Shown here piece after piece: positions 12,895 through 33,650 of a stretch of 64,000 nt of DNA. Where the stretch lies: contig OZ037771.1 of the NCBI GenBank assembly GCA_964035545.1, forward strand, positions 15,003,133 through 15,067,132, given 5' to 3'. The notes beneath the pieces were generated by a model. The model had not been told where the DNA came from, searched no databases, and saw only the letters and a program-made list of their open reading frames with translations. How positions within the stretch are numbered: position 1 is the first letter of the stretch; each line of letters opens with the position of its first letter. The position numbers and the translations under genes are program-made. This DNA comes from Bugula neritina (lineage: Eukaryota; Animalia; Bryozoa).

Positions 12895-13670
12895 CAGAGA
12901 AAGCCACTAGTATGCCTGTTCATTGTTATGGAGACATGTTTACTCAGTGTGAAAAATATAATAATACAAATGTGTTATTTTTGATTTAGGGCAAAGTGTG
13001 TATTGAGTTGTGTTTGATTCCCCAATAAAAGATTCACATAGTTGAAAAAATACAGTGAATGTATGTATTATGCACTAATTTTTAAAACTTTAGAGGGAAA
13101 TTAAATGTTTCATACACTGTGCATTCATTGCTTCAGTCGATTGTCTTTAGAGTATATGCATTCAATACGTTTCAATCATCAAATTTTGCAAATGGATTTT
13201 TTCATAATTACATCGAAGCAAAACCACAGAATGGAAATTCATTTAAGCGGCTCCTTTGATGAAGATTTCCTTCACATTATGCAATATTATACCAAATTTA
13301 TTGTGAGCTTTCCTCAGTTTTAGAAGCCAACCATAACAACCATAAATTTGATCAACTAATGCATGCAAATAATCCATTCATATTCATATTGTTGCAGCTA
13401 CAAAAATTGAAAATTGTAAATTAAATAAAGTATATGGTAATTTATCATAACTTAAGTGACAATATACAAATATTAACATTTTATAAATGTAGAAACTTCC
13501 TATACCTCAGTTTCCCATATTTCAGAGGTCTGCTATAATATGTCAAATTTACTGGTGTTCTAAATATAGCTTCACATTTTATATACCAAAGTGCTTAGCT
13601 GGAAAATTTTGTCTAATACATGCACAGTTTAACATTTTTCAGAAATAAAGATACCTGACTCAAAGCATTT

Positions 13671-16600
13671 GTGACCAGTCGCGACAAAACCGGGGATGTG
13701 GCGGCGTTTATAAAGTGTAGTAAATGAAGGTTTAATTTGGATATACTCAAATTTGAAATTAATTTCCAGTTTTTAGGTTTTGAACTTTTCTGATACAAGA
13801 AAATCCAAGGATTTCAAAAATCATACTTTCGTAAGCATTTGATGATTCCTTCAGCTCCAAAATTGCATTTAAAGTTGGTAACTAAGGCATTTAATTTTTT
13901 AAATGATGAAAAAATTGCGAAGTTATCAAATAAAGAAAGAAGACAATTTTAGTCATTTTCATAGCGTGGGATCTTGCAAATTTATTTTTTATTAAATGAA
14001 TTTAGCTTACACCTCTTTCTTCGCATTGTCAGAAGCATCGTATTTAAAATCGAAGGCTAGTTTTAGTTTTTCATCGTGCTCCATCCAAAGTTAGCTTTTA
14101 AGTTACAGAGCTGTTTTGCCCTTTGGTGATAAATACTAAACTTGATCTTTATCTTTAGCGTTCAAGCTTGAAAATCACAACAATACAGGTAATTATACTC
14201 AAAACCATCCTTTACGCTACTAACTTAAAATTGTTGCCAGGATTATTTGTAGTTATCAATTTATTAATATTGATATTCTTACTATCACTAGGAGTATCAG
14301 TATCAGTATGTCTATTCTTATTCTATACTAGTAACTATTTAAATGACTCTCACTATGACTCACAGTTTGAGGTACGGTTACTCATAAGGATAATCATAAT
14401 GAATATCATTCATGATTTACTGATACTGGTATTTGGCAGTAAAACCAAATGTAGCTCATTAATATTAATAGTATAAGTAATAATTAATAATTATAAATTC
14501 ACTATTTGAGTCTGACTCTGAGTTTCGCCTTCGGTCTTAAAACTTGATACTTATACTGATAGTATTATATTTATTATTGATTTATTCTGTAGTTGATATT
14601 TAAATTTACATTGGACTTATTCTTTGTAACTTTTAGCCTCTGTCTTAGATTTTGTGAATACAGTTACTGATTACTATTACTATTAGTATCAGTATTATAC
14701 TATTAACATTAGGCCTACTACTACTAGTCAAACTACCGTTTCCTTTTGTGATTTTTAAATTAGCTCAAAATTTGATTTAAAATATAATGATAAAATCTTT
14801 ATCACATTATGCAGGCTTACAGTTACTGTCAAAACTCAATTGATAATCCTATTTATATTGATAAAAGCATCACCTATAACCAAATTGAAATGGTAAATGT
14901 GATTAAATGTAAATGAGTATAATGATGAAATATTAATGCAAGTTCATGGTGATTCTATAGTTGACTGACTTAGTTCTTCAGTAAGTTACTTTTAGTCTTA
15001 TTTAGTGAGTAGTAACACTAACTGAATGCATAAATAGTCTAAACTTTTTAATTATATTATAAAGGAGCAAAAGTTTATTCATATTTCAAAGTACTTTATT
15101 GAATTCAAATTGATTTTATAGTAAATGTCTTTAATATATTCAGTTGCACTTAGCTAGCTTTTTTACTCAATTAAATGCCTGAGTGGTTAATAGTTATCGA
15201 AAGACATTGCTTCTAAATTGCCAATTGCAGATATGCTAGAGATTCAAGTGCATAATGTGTAATTTTACTGATAATACTATGTTAATATAGAATAATATGA
15301 TATTCTGTACATTTTAGAAAGTGGACTTATGAGAGCATTAGAGTGAAGACTTATACCTACACAACTCTACTACCTATCAATCTAACACTTCTAATGTAGA
15401 CACTCTGAATTTTGGCTTGCAAGATTATGGCTTCTGCTTATTTCATTCATAAAAAGGTTTGCAGTCTTTTAATGATGTGCTTGAAAATTTTCAACATTTT
15501 TTTTAATTTAAATTGTTCTGTTTAATTCAATAAATTTAAATGTTGATAAAATGCAGGATGACAATTAACTGCTGCCATAATAGTACTACAAGAGTGTTTA
15601 ACCAACTAAATTTTTATAATATAACTGCGTATAATTTCTAATCAAGCTACCGTTTTCTTGTGTTATTAAAAAAGTCAACATTGTACTTGCAGCTCTGGAA
15701 TAGACAATAGATTGGTAGATTGGCAGAATGGATGTCAAGTAGCAGCATCTATAATTGCTAGAAAATCAGCTGATGATAGTGATGAAGCTTTTGCCACATA
15801 CATGATGTTATGTGTCCATACTCTGTAAACTCATATTATGAAGACCAAGGAAGTAGAAAGATGAAAAGTGCCTCTTTTGCAAAAACCGTAGAAGCTACCT
15901 AATTTTCTTTTCTTGATTAGAGTTAATTCAAGCATAATGGTTGTATCCAGGCTGGATTTGTTGCTGCGTTTAATTAGTTTTTTAAAATAATGTATTTGAT
16001 GTTTTAAATGTGAATATTAATGCCTAATAAAACTCAAAAGTTCTAATAGCTGATTTTATGTTTGTATTTTCAACATCAATTGCTAAATTTAGTTGCCGTT
16101 AGAGATTATAAAGATATTTATGAATGAATCTCGAATGATCTCATAATAGTCAAATAATTTTCTCATAAGTGTTCTACTCATTAAGCAATAACTATGAAAC
16201 AGCACAGCTCAATAGCTGCAGTTTGATGTATTACACAATATATTAGAGGAGAGGAAGATATTCAATGTATAACAGGAAGCAGCTGCCATTTTGTTTTATA
16301 TGACTTCCTGCTGACTTGGATGCCTAATTTAAATATCTCAACACACAAATTTGCTGAAACATCCTCTTCTTTGCTGGAATTGTTAAACCTTTCAATCATT
16401 AAGCAAAGTAAAAAGCAAATTGACAAATAAATTAGACAAAAAGTTTGGCAGCCATATTTGACCTAATTTTATGTTGAGGCAGCATGAAATTTAGTTTAAC
16501 AGAAAGCCCAAACTTTCACAATTATTTTGATACCAAATTTGTCACTATTCCTATTATACAAAGACCCGTTGCTAAGGCTTGTAAATTGTAAACAAATAAT

Positions 16601-16828
16601 TCTCAACTTATTCTAGAGTTGCCAACTTTAAACGCGATTTTCTCAAAACCGTAATTTAGAAATTCTAAAGACGTTAAAGTTTTTAAATACTGATATCTCG
16701 AGTTCTATTTATGCTAGAGACTTCAAATAAAGTGCAAAATGTTTGAAAAAGTCTGCTCTATCACTTCATAGTAATAACTAGGTTTTCAACATTTTATATA
16801 CATCCCTTGTTTTGTGGTGCCAGGTCAC
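13671..16828. mobile_element. Non-autonomous TIR DNA transposon, 3158 bp, 4-bp TSD ATTT
   Basis: Imperfect ~29-bp TIRs GTGACCAGTCGCGACAAAACCGGGGATGT / ACATCCCTTGTTTTGTGGTGCCAGGTCAC. ATTT lies on both sides (13667-13670, 16829-16832), and the empty site aagcATTTataca is at 7451-7463 in the paralogous copy. No transposase ORF. Confidence 0.85.
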
Positions 16829-18219
16829 ATTTATACAACTATAACAAATATTAGGACAAAATAAAACAATGATTTCAGATATATTACTTAAGAAAAAAAT
16901 GTGTATTTAAAGCTAAACAAATGGTTATATAGATCATTGTATTGAGCTCTACACTTACCTCTACAGGGTGTTGCAGGTTATACATGCCAATTCCTAAGGA
17001 GAGGCTTGGTTACTATACCAGCTTGTGATTAATTTGAATTACTCTTTATTAGTAAATAGTTATACGCTGAGCAGTTATACATAGTATATGGTCATTTGTC
17101 AACTGATTACAATCTGTATATAGACTAGCAGTATTAAACATCCACGTCACAGTATATTGTTATTATAAGTAAGCAATTATTATATATGATTCTTTTGTGA
17201 ACTTACAAGTCTGAGGATAGAGTGAGCCTGAATTTAGGAACTGTAAAGTTATTTATATAGTATATATTAAGGTTACTTAGAACAAATGGAGCTATATTGA
17301 CAGCTATTGGAAGCTATTAAAAGCTTTAATAGTATAATCCTATATTCTATAGTATATCACTATGAAGGTATTATAGGTACTCTGTCCAACTAGTTTAACT
17401 GGTTTCATGTTATGGTATAGCCTTGGTAGCTAAGTCTTCATCATATTATCCTAAAAATGTCATAAATAAAATTTATCCACAAAAACGCATTTTTTTAGTT
17501 CGTGTTATAATGACACATAGAGTTCACATCTTATTAGCTATAATTAGTAGATATATGAGTTCTATGTGAATCATGCATTTCCTTATTATTGTCATAGCCA
17601 GCATCTAATGCATGTGTATTATAGTTATTTCTAAGAGTTAGTTAGTTGCTAGATTCCAAAGCGCTATTGTTATTTTATATTTATAGCGGTTGTACCAAAT
17701 AAATTCACATGCATGTAATACATTAAAATACAGCACCATCTTATCACACACCATCACCTATACCATTATGACAGCTCTTAAAAGTTGCCCCATCCATTGC
17801 ACAATTACATCATGTATTCTACCTATATATAATAAAATCTATCAACTAGCACTATTATACAGCTAAATAACTATATAAGCTTTCATGAAAAGTTGCTATA
17901 AATTTACATGAATAATTTAATTTCAGTTGAAATATTTCTACCATGTGTATACCACTTTTAAACCATGCAATTATAGCAAAACAAGTACTGCTTAGCATTT
18001 AGTTTTGAAAGAGCAGCAGATTTTAGGTCATTGCTCTATGGTTGTTAGATTGATTAGTACAGGTTATAGGAGTTGTCTTCTCTTGATTCGATTCAAATTT
18101 CTTGCAGAGAAGAGAATTGACTCTTGAAAAGTGCGAGCGATGTTGTTAAATTCATAATAATATGAATTATGAAAGATTTTGCTTAAAATGTATGTTAGCT
18201 TTCATAGAGTTAGTAAACA

Positions 18220-18365
18220 TGAAATCATGGGTATGAACCCCAGCAAAGGCCATTGATCATGTTAAGAAGAGCATCCAGTCATAATTTCTCAGTCTTTTGT
18301 CCAATTTAAAGAATAACCCTTTCATTTTCATCAGATTTTTCCTTGGAGGTAGTGAATGTAAACTT
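18220..18365 (+). mobile_element. SINE family A copy (duplicate of ~8970)
   Basis: gggtatgaaccccagcaaaggccattgatcatgttaagaagagcatcc. Confidence 0.7.
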
Positions 18366-18760
18366 GTGTGATTGGAATTATCATTATCTGTTTTATAACA
18401 TGCCGTATTACTTATAAGATTTGAAGGTCGCTGCACATAGTTATACTAAGGTTTAGTACAGTTATTATACAATATTAATGCGATGCATGAGAATATAGCT
18501 TCTCTAAATTTTCAAGTGGAGGGTTACAACATTTAGAACATTGATGTCAAACTTGTCCATTTTTCTGTTTGCTATATGGGCTAGTCAAACGACAACCAGT
18601 CAAGTGTGTAGAACTAATAACAAGGAAGTAAAATCTCATTTACTTTGTGATTGAGTAAATATATTAGTGGAATAATACTTATGTATAAGTAAATCATTTA
18701 TTTCAACTGCAGTACTAGCAAACAATATTATATATATCATATTGCTAGTGGCATGCAAGT

Positions 18761-20175
18761 ATGGCGGACAAAACCTTGTCTGGTAAGTTGTATAAAGAAC
18801 TTCTTTTCCAAATTTGCAGTTTAATATGACTTCAGAAAGTGAAAATGTATCAAAATTCACTATATTAAAAGCTGGTGGTACATCACCTTACTTGCTAATA
18901 GCCAAAGGTAAATTGAAATATTTTACAGTGTATACAGGTTTTGTTAAAAATATTAAGGTAGACTAATACTCATGCCTGTATAATAAATAAACTTATGCAT
19001 ATATTAACTTGTAGCTGTAATAGTCAAACAAAAATGTATATTTGTTCTGTATGTCAAAGTCGCCCAGAAGTTAAGTTTTGTTTTTTGACCAATTTAAAGT
19101 GACAATGTGCCTCTAGATACAAACTTTACACTCAAAAGTAATATTTGTTATGAGTAAGTGCATGAGGTGTGTATCATACTTCTCATTTTTAGGTCAAGCA
19201 TATGTTTCATATTATAGGTTCGTTGCCAAACATTGTCAGTTTATAGGTCAAGCACCAGCTATTTGTAGGTCAAGCACCTGCAGTCTCCCAACCAACTGCA
19301 GTTTCTCACATCATATTGAACCAGGTCGATTTGTTTGGTCGAAATCCAGTCAAGGTTTTCTGCCCAACATGCAGAGTTCAAGTTACTACTGTGCTCTGCC
19401 ATGAAGTGAACGGCTTGGCGTAAGTTACTTCTTGTGAAAGCACCTGCTCGAAATTGTCACAATAACTATATATTTTGAATAGCATAAATAGAGTTTTTTT
19501 CACTTTTTATGGTAAACAATTGGTTGATTCAATTAATTGATTGGTAATCGAAGACTTGCCTAATTATTATTCAAAAATCTTTTCAGCAAAGTTAGCAATA
19601 AAATAAGCAATATTGTCTGTCTAGGCTTTAATGCTTTACTATATATAACAGTACAGCATACCATGAGCATGAAAAGTTAGTTGTGAAAAACTGAAGTATA
19701 TGAGCTAGTTAAAAAGATTCAGAAAATGCTGAGGATCAGCTGTAAAAAAAGTTCATCACATTGTCACGTAAACTGACACTATTTTGTTTTGATTGAAGAC
19801 TAGTTAATATACAAATATAAGCCTTATATTCTGTTACCACATATGTTTCGTGGTAAGGGCAGTTTAGGCCTTTTATTGTTTAAGCATTTTTTTTCAATAA
19901 CTATCATGGTCTGTTTTTGACACTTACCTATTAAGCTATATTATATACTGTGAGTTTTTACTTTCCCAAGATCATAGCATATCTTTAGAATTGTTTTCTT
20001 TTTTTCATTTTCCTGTATGTCATGATAACTAAACTTATATATAACTGGACATGTAATTCATACTCGTAGGTATTGCCTGTTTGGATGTTGGGCTCGTTGC
20101 TGCAACTGCATGCAGAATGTGGTTCACGGCTGTCCGATTTGTAGAAACAAGCTCGGCAAATTTGAAAGATTCTAA
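18761..20175 (+). CDS. LITAF-domain protein B (92 aa, 3 exons)
   Basis: Exons 18761-18782, 19269-19419 and 20070-20175 give MADKTLSGQAPAVSQPTAVSHIILNQVDLFGRNPVKVFCPTCRVQVTTVLCHEVNGLAYCLFGCWARCCNCMQNVVHGCPICRNKLGKFERF*. In-frame 9-nt deletion relative to A; AATAAA at 20305. Confidence 0.85.
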
Positions 20176-20647
20176 CAGAGAAAGCTACTAGTGTGTCTTT
20201 TCATGATTATGGAGACATGTTTACTCAGTGCGGGAACTATAATAATACAAATATGTTATTTTTTACTTAAGACAAAGTGCGTATTGAGTTGTGTTTGATC
20301 CCGCAATAAAATATTTACATAGTTAAAAAAAGTGATGTGAATGCATGCATTGTACACTTATCTCAAAGCTTTAGGGGAAAGAAAATGTCCCATATACACT
20401 GTGCATTCATTGCTTCAGTCGATTGTCCATGCAGTGTGCATTCAATACGTTTCAATCATCAAATTATGCAAATATATGTTTTTTCCTAGTTGCATCGAAG
20501 CAAAACCGCTGCTGGAAATTCATTCAAACAGCTCCTTTGGTGAAAATTTCTTTCACATTATGCAAATGTCCTTCAATTAAATGGAATAAAACCTTTGGTG
20601 ATAGAGGCAGAGATCTACAATTGTGGTGGGTAGTTACATAGTTACGT

Positions 20648-20748
20648 AAAATAATTTTACCCCCACTGGGATTCGAACCCAAGACCTCTGACTTACAAGC
20701 AAGTGTGCTAACCATTTCACCACGGGACCACAGGTAAACTCATCATTA
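20648..20748 (-). mobile_element. tRNA-derived repeat family B copy
   Basis: Reverse complement: gatgagtttacctgtGGTCCCGTGGTGAAATGGTTAGCACACTTGCTTGTAAGTCAGAGGTCTTGGGTTCGAATCCCAGTGGGGGTaaaattatttt. A and B boxes present, acceptor and anticodon stems imperfect. Confidence 0.8.
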
Positions 20749-21804
20749 CATAAACAATAACTATATTTATAAACGTTAAAGTGTCTGTCGCCTTATAGCG
20801 ATTTAAAATATTTTATTTATCTTAGCTGCTATTATTTAATATAATTACCAATCATCTTAAATCTATAAAACTCTTCTGTGAGCCAAAGCATTCCCAAGCT
20901 AAAAATAAATTGACAGTTATTTTCACTTTGAAAATTTACATTACTCTCAAGCTTTTGTTTACCAGTCACCAAATACTTTATGTTTTTATTGGTTGGCGCT
21001 TTTTTAAATCAAAATAAATTGACTCGAAATTCGTGTATTTAGTGAATTTAATCTAGCAAAAATGGGGGTAGACGCTGTAATTAAGTTGTCATTAGGCATG
21101 AATACTAACTCAAAGTTGGCCAATATATATATTAAGTTACATATTAATTCAGCTGGCACAATTGCAAAGAAAAGAAAACTCCAAACAGATTACATAGGAG
21201 CATGTGGTTTTCCTTATACCATGTGATCAGTACGGACATTTGTTTGGTATCATTTTATGTTTGTGGTCTCAGTCAATGTTGCAACTGTTTCCAAACATCG
21301 ACTGGAAAATTTATTAGCATTCTTTGAAGGTTGAAAACATAGTGATATAAAGTATAATTCACTTTAGTCTAATGGATAAATTTCATCTGCTAGCTGGTAT
21401 TAGGCCAATTATGCCTATAAGGATCATTTACAGTTACATCAGGTAAGATAAGGAATCACTATAACTCCAAGGTTTTCAGAGAGGAAGTTGCTATCATCAG
21501 TAGCCATAGAGGTTGCTACTGTGAAAGCAATTCGCTGCATAGGGGGATAGTGCTATTGACTTTACAGTTACAGTGTATAGATAAGAATATCAGAAGTTAG
21601 ATAAATTGCAGATAACAGTGGAATATATCACATCAACATCACATATCCTAATCATTCACTGCTTCACATTGAGAGCAAAAGAGAGTAACCTGCTGTTATA
21701 GACATACTAACGCAGTAGTAACACTCATATATATTATATAGCGCTATAGCAATCAAACTCTCAACCTCTACATTGAAATATTGAAGAGCTCAAATACAAC
21801 CAGC

Positions 21805-21812
21805 TATAAAAG
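21805..21812 (+). promoter_or_regulatory. Candidate TATA box of LITAF-C
   Basis: TATAAAAG starts 32 nt upstream of the ATG. This would imply a very short 5' UTR, and AT-rich background weakens the call. Confidence 0.3.
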
Positions 21813-21836
21813 TCTTTGTGGCAAAAGAAAAATATC

Positions 21837-23351
21837 ATGGCTGAAAAACCTTCATCTGGTATGGTTTATATGTGTAATGCATATTGTAAGTTGTAATGGC
21901 TGCAAAAAATTGTTCAAAATGGGCAGCAAAAGTATTTATATAGGCGCAGTAACGGAGAAATTGAGAAAAGCCTGTTTTTAGATTAGAAATGTCACAAGAG
22001 AAGTTGTGTTCTCACGAAAATTTCAACCCGAGCCCCAAACCAACATTTAATAATGAAAGTAAATAACTTAGGCTATCTCAGTTTCTTCACTACTGCTCCT
22101 ATATGGGGCAGCAGATCTTATATTTGACAGCAATCTGCAACTAAAGTCACCATTTATATATGCCAGATAGAAGAATACTACTTGGTATACACACTTATAG
22201 GACCTTCTCAGCTTGCTTTACATCTTGTGGCAATCAAACCTCAGATTTTACTAGAATAAAACAATAAGTCAGTCATCTGTTGCTAGTTTCTCCACATACT
22301 CTGCGTTTCTATTGCTTCTAGAATGGATGCTTATAGATGAGTTTGTGGTTGAGGTTTGCATGAACAAATGATGTGGTTTTTTGGATTCAACTGCTTCCAG
22401 CATCGAATTAAAAATTCCTTCCCTAATGTGAAGCAATGAAAACGCATTTTTAGTGACAGTTCAGTAATGTAGGTCAAGCACCTGCTATTAATTATAGATC
22501 AAGCACCTGCAGTTGTACATGTCGCCCAACCAACTGCAGCTCCCCACATCACCGTGAACCAGGCGGTTGTGTTTGGTGAAAATCCCGTCAATGTTTTCTG
22601 CCCGACATGCAGAGTTCCAGTCATCAGTGTGATCAGCCATGAAGTGAGCTGCATGGCGTAAGTTACTTACTCAGCAAACATCATACCGTTGAGATTACTA
22701 AGTAGTCCATGTTATGTAATAATTAGTGTTCCTGCTTGCAAGTCAGAAGTTCCAGGTTCGAATCCCAGTATAGGGGCAAAAAAGACTTTTGTCTCTTATA
22801 ATACACTGGGCGTTGTATAAACTTCAATAAAGAACGATTGCATGCCTCAACACTATACCTTTATTTACTTTACAGTAGTTTGACTTACTAAGGCCTTGAA
22901 AATAGCATATTATTATATCGCTGTAATTATAGATTTAAATACTCAGTGTGCACTCACTATCGTTGTTGAAACGTAAATCTTTTGCATGCTTCCTAATTGA
23001 AAAACCAATAAAAGCAAAGACAGTTTTGATTTTTTCACCAGATACATATATTAGCAGTGAATTATTGCATTTTACTAATTATGCATATATAATATTTAGA
23101 TGCTTTAAACTGAGATGTGTCTATACTCAGTTCCTCACTTACAATTGCGTGTCCTATCAATAATTGTATTAGTTTAATATGACAAGTTTCTTATATAATG
23201 GCACTCATAAGTTCTAATGCATGAATTGTGATATGGATTTTTCAGATACTTCTGGTGTGGGTTATTCGCATTCTGCTGTGACAGTTTGCAAGATGTAGTT
23301 CACAAATGTCCAGTCTGCAATAACCAGCTTGGAAGACTCAACAAATTTTAA
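21837..23351 (+). CDS. LITAF-domain protein C (95 aa, 3 exons)
   Basis: Exons 21837-21858, 22498-22657 and 23246-23351 give MAEKPSSDQAPAVVHVAQPTAAPHITVNQAVVFGENPVNVFCPTCRVPVISVISHEVSCMAYFWCGLFAFCCDSLQDVVHKCPVCNNQLGRLNKF*. Exon sizes (22/160/106) are identical to A. Confidence 0.9.
22695..22782 (+). mobile_element. tRNA-derived repeat family B, degenerate copy
   Basis: cctgcttgcaagtcagaagttccaggttcgaatcccagtataggggcaaaa. Confidence 0.7.
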
Positions 23352-25142
23352 TAAAGGGCAACTTCAAATATGCCAGTTTCTCTATTTTATTCACGGCGTC
23401 ATTACGAGCTCACTATTGTCAATGATTATTGACTCAATGATTACTACATGCATTATGGGCACAGTACAATCACTATCTTGTTGAATGATATGCATAAGTT
23501 GTTAAATAATTTTCTCATGATTTAATCTAAGAATTACTGTTTTGATAAAATTGAAACAAAATTAGGTGCACAAATATATTTATTCACAAAGTCTTACCCC
23601 ACACCTAACAGTTATATTCCACCAGTTTCAATTATATGCGAATTTTGTCTAGCATATACCATATACGGCCACTTCATGTATTTTGCCTAGTGCATTTTTA
23701 TTAAGCATGCGTTATTTTGATTCAAACCTTTCGTTGTTTTTTATGTGCTCTTTCAAGCTAAAATATATAAACTAATCTTGGTCGAATTTATTTTTATTAA
23801 AGACTTGATAGAGCAATTAAGATTGAACACAAGCCATTGAAGGGTGCATGTTCAAAGAATGTTTTCAATGAAAAAATTGGCTATTCATCAAATACTTGGC
23901 TCTTTTCTTCTTTGTTGTTTTTGCCCTTATGCTTTATAGTGTTTCTATAAAATGATCTCTTTTCTCATAGAAAAATATTGGTAGGCTGTTTAAGATGAAC
24001 TATCTCTTCTTTCTAACTCTAAGTAGGGGTAGGGCAAACGTTTTTAAGCATCTAAAGAAATTCTATGGTAAGTGAAGGCATGATACCAGGATGAGAACAA
24101 TGCAGACTCAAAGAAGATCGTTTATTGATTTGGATCAAAGGCTGACATGAGCTGGATATCACGATGATAACCAGCATATATTTTTTAAAAACCGAGTAAT
24201 CCATCCGAGAGGAGGCTTCAAAGTCAAGTAATGCATGTAAATATACATCATCTTGCACCAATCTGAAAGTATATTTGCAGAATAGTTTAATTACACTGTT
24301 GACCTATACATTTTCATTTTGATCTGGGACTATAAATGTATGCTTGGATTTATATTATATTGACAGCAAAAAAATTTAATCAAAAAAAAACTTGAATGCA
24401 GAAATTGGTGTGCCCAGTTATAGTGAACGTAGTGAAAATAATTATAAGCGCTGCTTGGTAGCACATGGGCAGTTTCGCATCAATTAGTCATTAGCAAATC
24501 TGCCTGCGTCTTCATCCTATAATTGGCTCAGACTGAAACAGTTTATAAACTGAAATACAATATTATATTAGAATATCAATGATTAAGATACAGGTTGAAA
24601 ACCCAACAAACCGGATGCAAAGTAACTATAATAAGTATAACAGTACAAATGCACCAACAGTGTAATAGTATCTTTATCATAGATTATTATGACAATAATT
24701 ATTAAAAACTATCATAAATTAGAATCAGTATAACATTAGCAAGTAATAAACTCACAACTAAGGCTATTGTAATTAATTATAATTAGTAGGTCTCGCTCAG
24801 TGCAAGCTACATGAGAAAGTGCAGTCGTGCACTGAGAGTTGAAGGTCATAGTTCGATTACATTGAATGTGTGTCAAGCCCCTCCCACTTACTGGGAAACA
24901 TGTTATTTCTTTATAACTTATTAACGATGCATCAATACCCAGCTCTATAGAGCTTTAGATAAAGCGCTAAAGATGCGCTGGTACACTATATATACATTAT
25001 AAAGTTGTTCAACACATTTTGTCTCATTTCATACAAAGTATTTGCGTCTATAGTGTATGAACCACACTTTAACCTGCTAGCTCTTCTAAATTTTTTTGCT
25101 AATACATCTATAATAAAGGAAGTTTTTTGAGAGCAAAGAAAA

Positions 25143-33650
<8,508 letters not shown>

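Larger units (their letters stand above)
7100..13284. repeat. Tandem segmental duplication, copy A (NOX5 5' exons + LITAF-A)
   Basis: Colinear homology: 7100-7458 ~ 13285-13670; 7459-9810 ~ 16833-18922; 11780-13284 ~ 19048-20564. Boundaries are approximate. Confidence 0.9.
13285..20564. repeat. Tandem segmental duplication, copy B (with 3.16-kb insertion; contains LITAF-B)
   Basis: At the junction (~13284) the end-of-unit sequence ttcacattatgcaa, also seen at ~20551-20564, joins the start-of-unit sequence attata(g/c)caaattt, also seen at ~7100. Confidence 0.9.

Noticed and set aside
11993-12907. Minus-strand ORFs 11993-12247 and 12722-12907
   Set aside because: Antisense shadows of LITAF-A exons 2 and 3.
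20659-20730. Functional tRNA gene (also 59816-59886)
   Set aside because: Acceptor and anticodon stems pair poorly, copies differ at the anticodon (TGT vs TGC) and are dispersed and degenerate; treated as a repeat family.
24052-24262. Exon-like 69-aa minus-strand ORF; another frame gives YHRDIQLMSAFDP, faintly CYP-like
   Set aside because: No consistent frame, no partner exons and no recognisable homology; similarity is too weak to call a pseudogene.
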